A DNA stretch of 64,000 nucleotides from Escherichia phage vB_EcoM_PHB13. Shown one piece after another: positions 56,558-64,000 of the stretch. The translations under genes and the position numbers were made by a program. The notes under the pieces were generated by a model. It was not told the origin of the DNA. It saw only the letters and a program-made list of their open reading frames with translations, and ran no database searches. How positions within the stretch are numbered: the stretch's first letter is position 1; the number at the start of each line of letters is the position of its first letter. Where the stretch lies: the sequence record MK573636; one strand, written 5' to 3'.

Positions 56558-58327
56558 TTATACCGGAGAAATTCCAAAGAGGAACTCTTTAATTTGTAGC
56601 TGTTGCGCTAATGCTTCTTCGGATACGCCCTTAATGCGAATATCGATCCGGTCGCCCTTTTCAATATTTAGGAAAGCACTGGTAGAATAGCTAATTAAAT
56701 CATCAGCTCCATAATGACCATTTCGTACCTCATGTACAATCAGACCATTTTTAGCAATACCGACTACGAAAGTAGCGTTATGTGCCGCATTTACAGAACA
56801 ACGGAAATCACAACGGAATAAGCCTTTGTCGTTAACCGTAACAAGAGATTCGCTCTTAACCATTCCACGCGCAGGAACTTCTTCGGTCATATCGTTTAGC
56901 GGAATCGGTTTATAAACATCCTGTTCGTCAAGTTCAACCGTAATATCTGCGGTATTTTTAAATGCTCCAGCAGCATATGCAACTTGCACCCATTCGCCGT
57001 GCTTACGCAGATAATGAAAACCGTCATCAGGTACATCATCTACTTTGTTTCCGTTAGATGTTTGTAGCTCTTTGACGATTTTAATCACGCCTTTCTGAGT
57101 AAATGGATCTTCTGAACCATCATCGCCATAGATATCACTTGATAGTTTAATAACGCCAGCGGTCAAACCTGATTCGCGATCACCTACAAGCTGTTCCATG
57201 TCCTGTACGCTTGCTTCTAACCGACCCTGAGTGTTTTCTACAACTTTAATACGTCCGGCTAGAGTATGTCGATCGCTGTCAGTGCCAATCTCATTGGAAA
57301 GTCGAACAACTTCACCGCGCAAACCGTCAGCACCGCTTACACCAACAACCTGTTTAAGATCTAAAAATTCTCGCTCTGTGTTGGTTAATCGATAATCAAT
57401 GCTTCCAGCCGATTGAGGCGTTCCGATCTTATTCTCGACAGCCAGAAGACGAGGACGAATACCGGAATCTACACCATTAACATCATTGTTTAGACGTTCA
57501 TAATTAGTTCCCAGCGTAGTGACTTTAGTCCCGATATCAGGGATTGAATCAAACAAAATTGCTTTCTTGACTTCTAGAACTTCGTTTGATAAGTTAGCAA
57601 TGTTTCTTGCGTTGGTGCGGAGACGAACATACACATTTTCTTGTGTTGCAAGAGACGTGTCGCCGATCTCACTGCGCATTTTGTTAACTTGTCTTGTTAA
57701 CTCGCCTACGTCAGAATCTTGCCAGTCGTTTTCAAGCTGAACGATTCGGCGACCGTGGTCATTTAATGCTGCGGTATTCTGAATAACTCGGTATTTGATG
57801 CCAGAACCGGAACTGCCAGCATCAGGGGAACCATTGATATTAAAGTTAGGATAAGAACCCATTTCTTGTTTGATGAAAGAAATGTCATCATAGATTGTTC
57901 TTGTGCTAGGATCGGCAGCGGGGCGATCACCAATCTTGATGTTAAGTTCTGATACAGCGTCTACCGTTGTTTGCAGAGTTCTTGCTGTTTCTCCTAAGTT
58001 CTCTTCGACGGATTCAACTTTTGCGACAGTCTGGTTAACCACATCAATGATACTTCCGTCAGAAATTACCCCTAAAGTTGTTTTAATATCGTTAACCGCC
58101 GTTACAACCTCGTTAACTTTAGCGACGGTTGATTTTGCGTTTTCGTTTACGCGTGCAACGTTTTCTTGAATTGCAACAGGGGCGCGGTTAAGCGTCCCGT
58201 CATTGCCAGTCTGTGTCGTTGCTGCGCTTAAACATTCGCCATTCTTGATCCAGTTAATACGGTGCTGTCCTTCGCTTGGTACACCGTCAACATGTGGGAT
58301 CTCGTGGATGTTTAATTGTTCAATCAT
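56558..58327 (-). CDS. wac: fibritin (whiskers) with extra C-terminal domain
   Basis: N-terminus matches T4 fibritin (VDGVPSEGQHRINWIKNGE); foldon-like YLRKHGEWV is followed by ~140 more residues. Confidence 0.85.
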   Translation of the reverse strand: MIEQLNIHEIPHVDGVPSEGQHRINWIKNGECLSAATTQTGNDGTLNRAPVAIQENVARVNENAKSTVAKVNEVVTAVNDIKTTLGVISDGSIIDVVNQTVAKVESVEENLGETARTLQTTVDAVSELNIKIGDRPAADPSTRTIYDDISFIKQEMGSYPNFNINGSPDAGSSGSGIKYRVIQNTAALNDHGRRIVQLENDWQDSDVGELTRQVNKMRSEIGDTSLATQENVYVRLRTNARNIANLSNEVLEVKKAILFDSIPDIGTKVTTLGTNYERLNNDVNGVDSGIRPRLLAVENKIGTPQSAGSIDYRLTNTEREFLDLKQVVGVSGADGLRGEVVRLSNEIGTDSDRHTLAGRIKVVENTQGRLEASVQDMEQLVGDRESGLTAGVIKLSSDIYGDDGSEDPFTQKGVIKIVKELQTSNGNKVDDVPDDGFHYLRKHGEWVQVAYAAGAFKNTADITVELDEQDVYKPIPLNDMTEEVPARGMVKSESLVTVNDKGLFRCDFRCSVNAAHNATFVVGIAKNGLIVHEVRNGHYGADDLISYSTSAFLNIEKGDRIDIRIKGVSEEALAQQLQIKEFLFGISPV

Positions 58328-59727
58328 TAGCGCACCCTTATGATATAGTTTAATGCCAGACTCTTGACGCGAGTCTCGTTAGCCGTTCTTACGGATCTTC
58401 CTGAGTCAAAGTTAACAGTAGTACCCCAATCATCACCACCACCGTTTTTATAGTTCGTGCTCCATTGACCGCGCTGTGCAGTAAATGCTCCACCATACCA
58501 ACCGCGCCAGCGGTCAGCTACAGGGAATTTACCAGTAATTCTCTGCATTGCGTCTTCTTGATAAGAACCAAATCGACGACCTGGATCAAGGTTTCTTCCA
58601 TGATCGCAACCACGAGCAACTAAACCGCGCATATCAGGAATGTTAAAATTGTCACCTGAACCACCAAAGGTATAACCAATCGCAGAAAATAATTGCGGAT
58701 ATTGATTTTTATTCAGCGAACGACCATTACAGATCAGAAAGTCACCTCGATCGGCATTGAATCCAGAAAGGATAATACCACCAATTGGCATTGCGTGATT
58801 CGCTAATTCATTTTTAGTAACAAACTGGTTGCCGTCTGAGTTTGAACCTTTATAGACGTTTCCGCTTACCGTACCGCCAGTGCTAGGAAGAACCTTAGCA
58901 TTTGCTGATAGTGCAGCGTTAGCCTCACTTCCCACGGTGTCTCGTAGTTTAACAATACCGTATTGAGACGTTGTTGCCTTAGTGCTTGCAAACTTCTTAG
59001 CAGAAACAACTACAGTATCATCTGAACCAGCATTCATCTGTGACTGACTGGCGATCTTAACAGTACCCGCCTGATTCTCATTGGCGCGAGCATTTGCAAA
59101 TGCATAAGGACTAATTGCAAAACCTTCTCGAATCTGGCCTTGTAAAACTTGCGCATTGGTTGCTAACTGAACTAAACCCTGTGCGCTTTCGGTTGCTGTG
59201 TTTTGATCTGGAATTAATCCAGGTACAATCTGTGCAATGGCAGTGTGCATCTTTTTCGGTGTTACTGCCATTGTGTCATCACTGCCAATCTTTGCCGCCT
59301 CAAGAGAACATATCTTAATAGTCCCCTGAACGCTCTCTGACGCCTTTTTAGTGGTGAAGTAATGGTTTAGTGTGTCTGGACCGATTGCTATGTTCTCGTT
59401 GCTCTCTTGCAGCGATTCTTCCATCGTGGCAAATCGGGTAATGCCTTTTACTTCTTTTGTGGCATCTGGACGTGACATTTTAACAGCCAGTGTTTTTGGA
59501 GTCACGATCTTATTGTCTACTGTCCCGTCGTTTACTTCTTCCTGAGTTGCGATTGCAGCGATCCCGGCTGTATCTTCCGTAGCGTCCGGTAATCCATTTA
59601 CGGCAAAGCCATTAATAGCGGCTAAAGCCGCTTGTACGTTGGTAATGCTTTGAGGCCAATCATTTACAGGGTTAAACTTGACGTATTGAGCATCGTCTTT
59701 TACATGGTTAATAGTATTGTTTGCCAT
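58327..59727 (-). CDS. gp12: short tail fibre protein
   Basis: 466 aa; colinear with T4 gp12 (YVKF.P, ATESAQGLVQLAT, REGFAISPY, DMRGL, LALNYIIRV). Confidence 0.92.
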   Translation of the reverse strand: MANNTINHVKDDAQYVKFNPVNDWPQSITNVQAALAAINGFAVNGLPDATEDTAGIAAIATQEEVNDGTVDNKIVTPKTLAVKMSRPDATKEVKGITRFATMEESLQESNENIAIGPDTLNHYFTTKKASESVQGTIKICSLEAAKIGSDDTMAVTPKKMHTAIAQIVPGLIPDQNTATESAQGLVQLATNAQVLQGQIREGFAISPYAFANARANENQAGTVKIASQSQMNAGSDDTVVVSAKKFASTKATTSQYGIVKLRDTVGSEANAALSANAKVLPSTGGTVSGNVYKGSNSDGNQFVTKNELANHAMPIGGIILSGFNADRGDFLICNGRSLNKNQYPQLFSAIGYTFGGSGDNFNIPDMRGLVARGCDHGRNLDPGRRFGSYQEDAMQRITGKFPVADRWRGWYGGAFTAQRGQWSTNYKNGGGDDWGTTVNFDSGRSVRTANETRVKSLALNYIIRVR

Positions 59728-59738
59728 TATACATCACC

Positions 59739-60383
59739 TTATGCAATACGTTTGAAATAATATAGGGTAGTTCCAAATTTCTCTTCTGTACCCATTCGAG
59801 ACCATGAACCATAACCAACACGAGCAGGAGAATCAACATTTCCTGTGATTGTAATTCCGTACTTGTTAATATCGGTTGGTGGATGTTCAAGAGAATCGAT
59901 ATAATGAATTTCTAATTGGTCGTTGCTACTTCCTTTTCTTTTTACTTCTTTGAACATAATGTTTTTATTCATTAGTTCGGTAAATTTTTCCGTTACTTTC
60001 TCACATAGAGAAACGCCGGAAGACCCAACATCAACAATAAATGGATAACCCAAAACATCAATTAATACTTTGTTTGCGTCTGGATTATGCTGATTGTTAA
60101 CAGAACCAGAAAATGACAGAGTTTCAATCTGTCCTGCGGCTTGTGGTGGAGTTGAGTTGGTTGTAACCAACACATCACCAATTCGGATCATTGACAATGA
60201 ATAAAGGTCATCAATTGCAGATTGAACGTTGCTTACATAGGAACCTTTTCTTGATTGATCGACATTAACACCACCGATAGGACGAGAACCACCGATAACA
60301 GGATCTTTCGATCCTGGATCGTATGAAATAAACGCCGCATCGCTGGAAAATACACTAGCTTTTGAACGTGTTTTCGAAATCAT
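59739..60383 (-). CDS. gp11: baseplate wedge subunit / short tail fibre attachment
   Basis: 214 aa (T4 gp11 219 aa); position between 10 and 12. Confidence 0.8.
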   Translation of the reverse strand: MISKTRSKASVFSSDAAFISYDPGSKDPVIGGSRPIGGVNVDQSRKGSYVSNVQSAIDDLYSLSMIRIGDVLVTTNSTPPQAAGQIETLSFSGSVNNQHNPDANKVLIDVLGYPFIVDVGSSGVSLCEKVTEKFTELMNKNIMFKEVKRKGSSNDQLEIHYIDSLEHPPTDINKYGITITGNVDSPARVGYGSWSRMGTEEKFGTTLYYFKRIA

Positions 60384-60384
60384 A

Positions 60385-62187
60385 TTAACCTACCCTTAGC
60401 CAACGATAGACAGTTCTGTATGGAGGAAGAATACCAATCATTGACGGGTCGGTATTTCCCTGATTAACTTTAACATTATCTTCGCGATATTTGGTAAACG
60501 CTGGACCTACTGCATCAGGATCTACCTGACAACCACCGATAATAATATTTCCGTTATCATCTTTTACAAGAACTCGATCGTCGCTCTGTAATTCAGGAAT
60601 CATATTTTTCTTGATCTGGTATGCAACATCACCACCGTTACCCCCTGCGGTGTGTGTAGGTTGACCATGTGTATCAAGATCGTTGTTGTTTAGTGCGAAG
60701 TTTTGATCGCTTGCGTCAGAAGACCAACCAACTAAAAATTCTTTTTCTGCATAACGTACCCATGTACCAAATCCCATATATGTCGCTGGGTTAGCTGGGT
60801 TATGCGCATTTTCATAAATTGTGCCTATAGGATAGAAAATATCGAATATGGAATAGATATCCATCACACGACCTGTATAATCTTCCATTGGGCGTTTAGT
60901 TGCTTGGCTTGGATTCTGGAAATCGGTATATTCAATTCGATTTGTCAGAGTAACTTCATCTTCGTTATTAAGATAGATTTTATCTGCTTTTTCTTTAATA
61001 CCGCCTACACCGTCCCATTCCATTAATGTTCCGATATCATTATTAAACCAGCGAATTGTGATAGTATCTCGGTTATCTAGTGCTTTAGATAATTTAATAC
61101 CAGTCACCACGCTGTTTTCGTCGAACATCAATGAATAATCTTCCCCAGATTCCACCCATTGACCGCCAGCAAGTACGCAGGTTTCTTCCGTTTCACCGTC
61201 AGCGCCTTCACAAATAAAGGAAGGTAAATCCGCATCACCCGCTTTAATCATTTGTGTGCCGTTGATCAGCAATTCAAATGAATTTGGATTAATAAGATCT
61301 CGCTTACTTACGCCTAATTCAACATTAGTAAATTCTTTCTTATTAGCTAGTTCACCAACCCAAACTTCACCAGGGATGGATTCCAAAGTGGTCATTCCTG
61401 TTTCATAAACGCGGATTGTATGAGTAATATAGCTTGACCGGAAGGATGCGATACCGTCCATATAAGTTATGATTTGAATGGTATCACCCGCCGAACAAGG
61501 GAAGCGTAATTTAATGCTTTTACCGTCCAGCGGAACAATATCACCGTTTTCACCGATTGATCCATAGTTAGAATCATCGGTTAAATCCTTGCCATAATAA
61601 AGCAAGTTACCGCGATAATACACTTCAACATTTCGAATATTGTAAGTATTGGAACCAAACACATTAGGGAAGTCTGTTTGTCCTTCGGTTGCAATATAAA
61701 CTTCTTTGGCAACTGTGCTTAAATCGGAAGTGGTGATAGTATCTACTCGTTTATTTTCGACATATTCCCAACGTCCAGGCGCACAATAAACCAATTCAAC
61801 ATCCATGAAATCTTTATACAACTCACGGTCGATTGGAGATCCCTTAATGGTATCACCTTGTGCTGGCTTCAACGTTACGTTATGTGCAGCCCATGAGCGC
61901 CAAACATCACGAAGTTTAATTGTTTTATTATAATCACTCGCGCTTCCTTTAGGCAATTCAACAGAAACAGCGTTGTTCGTTGTATTAATCGCCCATGCAT
62001 CACCAAAATTTGGTTTTAATACTGGTTGTGTGTGAGTTTTCCACGCGCCGGATGCATGAGGGATATCACCATCCCCCAGCTTATTATAAAGTTCAGAAAA
62101 GTTGTCATTAATCTTTTGACCACCTTTTCTTAGATAATCACCTGTACCGTCATCAACAACGTTACCGATATTAATTAATTGTTTCAT
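60385..62187 (-). CDS. gp10: baseplate wedge subunit
   Basis: 600 aa (T4 gp10 602 aa); synteny. Confidence 0.8.
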   Translation of the reverse strand: MKQLINIGNVVDDGTGDYLRKGGQKINDNFSELYNKLGDGDIPHASGAWKTHTQPVLKPNFGDAWAINTTNNAVSVELPKGSASDYNKTIKLRDVWRSWAAHNVTLKPAQGDTIKGSPIDRELYKDFMDVELVYCAPGRWEYVENKRVDTITTSDLSTVAKEVYIATEGQTDFPNVFGSNTYNIRNVEVYYRGNLLYYGKDLTDDSNYGSIGENGDIVPLDGKSIKLRFPCSAGDTIQIITYMDGIASFRSSYITHTIRVYETGMTTLESIPGEVWVGELANKKEFTNVELGVSKRDLINPNSFELLINGTQMIKAGDADLPSFICEGADGETEETCVLAGGQWVESGEDYSLMFDENSVVTGIKLSKALDNRDTITIRWFNNDIGTLMEWDGVGGIKEKADKIYLNNEDEVTLTNRIEYTDFQNPSQATKRPMEDYTGRVMDIYSIFDIFYPIGTIYENAHNPANPATYMGFGTWVRYAEKEFLVGWSSDASDQNFALNNNDLDTHGQPTHTAGGNGGDVAYQIKKNMIPELQSDDRVLVKDDNGNIIIGGCQVDPDAVGPAFTKYREDNVKVNQGNTDPSMIGILPPYRTVYRWLRVG

Positions 62188-63038
62188 GTAGCAACCCCGA
62201 TTTTAATAGTGTCTACGGCTTTAACTGCTAAACGAATATTTTCGCCAGTAGCCTTATACTCTGCATATACTTTATCGCCGGAACCGATGAAATAACGAAC
62301 CGTGTATAGTTCATCTTCTGTCTTCTGCAAAACTGCATATTCCGTCGCATAAACTTTTCCGGCTTTAGAATCAATCATCAGTAGCGTTTCACTTGAACGC
62401 ATTTTTGAACCGGATGTATTGCTAGCGGTAGTTAATAATTTGATGGAAACGTATTCTGTTTTTGCGGCAATAGCAACGTTTGTTGCTACTCCAGTTACGT
62501 TAACTGTTTTATCTAATGGCGTTGTTGTATCGGTAAACATACTTTCGATACCCAATCTCCACGTTACGCGACTACCTTCAACGGCAGTACACCAAACAGT
62601 GACTTTTGAAAATGGTTGTGTTATTGTAGCATCACCGGAATAACCGCTAATAGAATCACCTGCTTGAGTTCGAATATTGAGCGGTGTCGTCGTTGAAAGG
62701 CTACCGTTACTATTTATGAATACAACACCCTCGCCGACCTTTGCTTTAGGTAGAATAGCAATAAGTGCGCCTTGAGTTGTATCGATATCGTGTAGACTCC
62801 CAATCTCAACAGCGGAACCAGCGTAGCTTTGACGTGGATGTTTCTGATAGTATCCGGTTGCATGAATAACCATTCTTCCCACGCCGTGGTCTACGTCTTT
62901 AAACCGTTGATCAGCGAATGCGTCATAGATTGAATCAAAGTTATCGTTAATTTTATTACCGCCATCATATAAGATATCGCCAGTCGATGGATTGCCGACA
63001 GTACCTGTGTCTATTCTTTTCTTTGGAACTTGTGCCAT
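62184..63038 (-). CDS. gp9: baseplate wedge / long tail fibre socket
   Basis: 284 aa (T4 gp9 288 aa); synteny; late promoter upstream. Confidence 0.8.
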   Translation of the reverse strand: MAQVPKKRIDTGTVGNPSTGDILYDGGNKINDNFDSIYDAFADQRFKDVDHGVGRMVIHATGYYQKHPRQSYAGSAVEIGSLHDIDTTQGALIAILPKAKVGEGVVFINSNGSLSTTTPLNIRTQAGDSISGYSGDATITQPFSKVTVWCTAVEGSRVTWRLGIESMFTDTTTPLDKTVNVTGVATNVAIAAKTEYVSIKLLTTASNTSGSKMRSSETLLMIDSKAGKVYATEYAVLQKTEDELYTVRYFIGSGDKVYAEYKATGENIRLAVKAVDTIKIGVAT

Positions 63039-63065
63039 TGTTTAATTCCTCATGTTATGATGTAT

Positions 63066-63073
63066 TATTTATA
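63066..63073 (-). promoter_or_regulatory. late promoter -10 box TATAAATA for gene 9
   Basis: Exact TATTTATA on + strand 28 nt upstream of gp9 ATG. Confidence 0.65.
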
Positions 63074-63083
63074 AAATACATAC

Positions 63084-63110
63084 AAAAAAGCCGCCCACAA
63101 GGACGGCTTA
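63084..63110 (-). terminator. rho-independent terminator (AGCCGTCC-TTGT-GGGCGGCT + T7) after methyltransferase gene
   Basis: Same hairpin family as + strand 38549 and 39704. Confidence 0.75.
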
Positions 63111-63113
63111 TAA

Positions 63114-63953
63114 TTAAATGTCAAACAAATCTGAGAGCGTCCCAGACTCGCTTTCCTGTTTCGGTAAGATAATCTCCTTACTTTCTTCTATTTGTTCGTT
63201 AGGACGTGATTTAGGAGCTTCTACGGCTTCTTTCTCGTAATACCGAACCTCAACCACTTCTGTTAAAACGTTGGTACTATGCCATTCATCGCGATAGATT
63301 GATGTATCGATCCCACATCCGGCATAAGTCACCAAACCAGTTTGTTTGCTCCATTTTAGATATTTATTAGACTTCATGGTCCCGTCATAATAAGGTCTAC
63401 CAGAATAGGCAAAACCAGCGGAACCAACAGGAACAATAAAATAACCTACATCTGCAAACTTCTGGCCTAATGTCATAACCTTAAATTCAAATTCTCCGCC
63501 AGTGTACTCAAATACATCCTTTGTGTCGGTTGTATTGATTTTCCCGAAAGGTGGATTGCTGATCACCACATCGAATTTTTCGTTTGACTCAAATTCGAAT
63601 ACATCGCTGGTGATCCATTCTGCTTCCGGTAATAGTCGCTTGCCAATCCGCGCAAATTCTGGATTGAGTTCGACGCATACGATCTTTTCTGGCTTACAAC
63701 GATGTAACATACAAAAAGATAAGCGACCGATCCCAGCACAAAGATCTAATACTTTTCCTGTGCAATGTGCATCGATGGTAAAATCCCATGCAAGCCCTTC
63801 TGGGGTAAAGAATGCACCGGAACCACCTAGCCCATCGCCATGATAGTTATTATAGCAAAATTCTTTTTCTTCATATGTCAATGGGCGATCTGAATTAATC
63901 AACTCCATTGCTCGGTCGTGTAATTTTTGTTCTTGTTTAGAAAGTCGTGCCAT
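63114..63953 (-). CDS. orphan N6-adenine DNA methyltransferase (gamma-class, NPPF)
   Basis: FFTPEGLAWDF, SAM-binding VLDLCAGIGRL and catalytic VISNPPFG; lies between gene 9 and the upstream gene ending at 63953. Confidence 0.65.
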   Translation of the reverse strand: MARLSKQEQKLHDRAMELINSDRPLTYEEKEFCYNNYHGDGLGGSGAFFTPEGLAWDFTIDAHCTGKVLDLCAGIGRLSFCMLHRCKPEKIVCVELNPEFARIGKRLLPEAEWITSDVFEFESNEKFDVVISNPPFGKINTTDTKDVFEYTGGEFEFKVMTLGQKFADVGYFIVPVGSAGFAYSGRPYYDGTMKSNKYLKWSKQTGLVTYAGCGIDTSIYRDEWHSTNVLTEVVEVRYYEKEAVEAPKSRPNEQIEESKEIILPKQESESGTLSDLFDI

Positions 63954-64000
63954 TATTTAACCTTTGCTGTGACGGTAACGCTATGCCCCAAATAAACATG
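63953..64000 (-). CDS. 3' end of upstream late gene (partial; possibly baseplate gp8 by synteny)
   Basis: Open frame to window edge; stop overlaps methyltransferase start (TAATG). Identity not verifiable. Confidence 0.3.
   Translation of the reverse strand, partial: HVYLGHSVTVTAKVK

Overview
This window is a contiguous segment of a T4-type (Tevenvirinae-like) myovirus genome, about 40% GC by eye. Identification rests on reading the translated ORFs against remembered T4 protein sequences and motifs; no database search was run. Layout: (1) 1-15.5 kb, + strand nucleotide-metabolism and early genes (td, nrdA, nrdB, denA, rnlA, spanins, pseT, cd, gene 31, NADAR-like, DNA ligase gene 30) with two HNH endonucleases; (2) 15.5-23 kb, a hyperplastic early region of about 25 small ORFs, nearly every one preceded by a sigma70-type promoter with a stem-loop in its spacer (PeSL-like cassettes), containing several paralog families and a compact C5-methyltransferase-fold / Zn-ribbon / DUF262 operon; (3) 23-26.5 kb, Alt ADP-ribosyltransferase plus a short paralog and a lipoprotein; (4) 26.6-33.8 kb, baseplate hub genes 54-48-29-28-27-51 (-) and 26-25 (+); (5) 33.8-40.7 kb, uvsY, uvsW.1, uvsW, an acidic Hoc-related protein, hoc, small genes, a 380-bp non-coding repeat region and a SLOG/DprA-like gene; (6) 40.7-64 kb, late structural genes on the - strand (24, 23, 22, 21, 68, 67, 20, 19, 18, 17, 16, 15, 14, GIY-YIG endonuclease insert, 13, wac, 12, 11, 10, 9, orphan N6-adenine methyltransferase), several preceded by exact TATAAATA late promoters. 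No rRNA, tRNA, CRISPR array or introns were seen; td, nrdA and nrdB are uninterrupted. alc is absent from its T4 position between rnlA and pseT. The most interesting candidates are the C5-MTase-fold/DUF262 operon, the NADAR-like gene, the thymidylate synthase with a ~120-aa insertion, the SLOG-like gene, the orphan N6-MTase between baseplate genes and the PeSL-driven paralog families.
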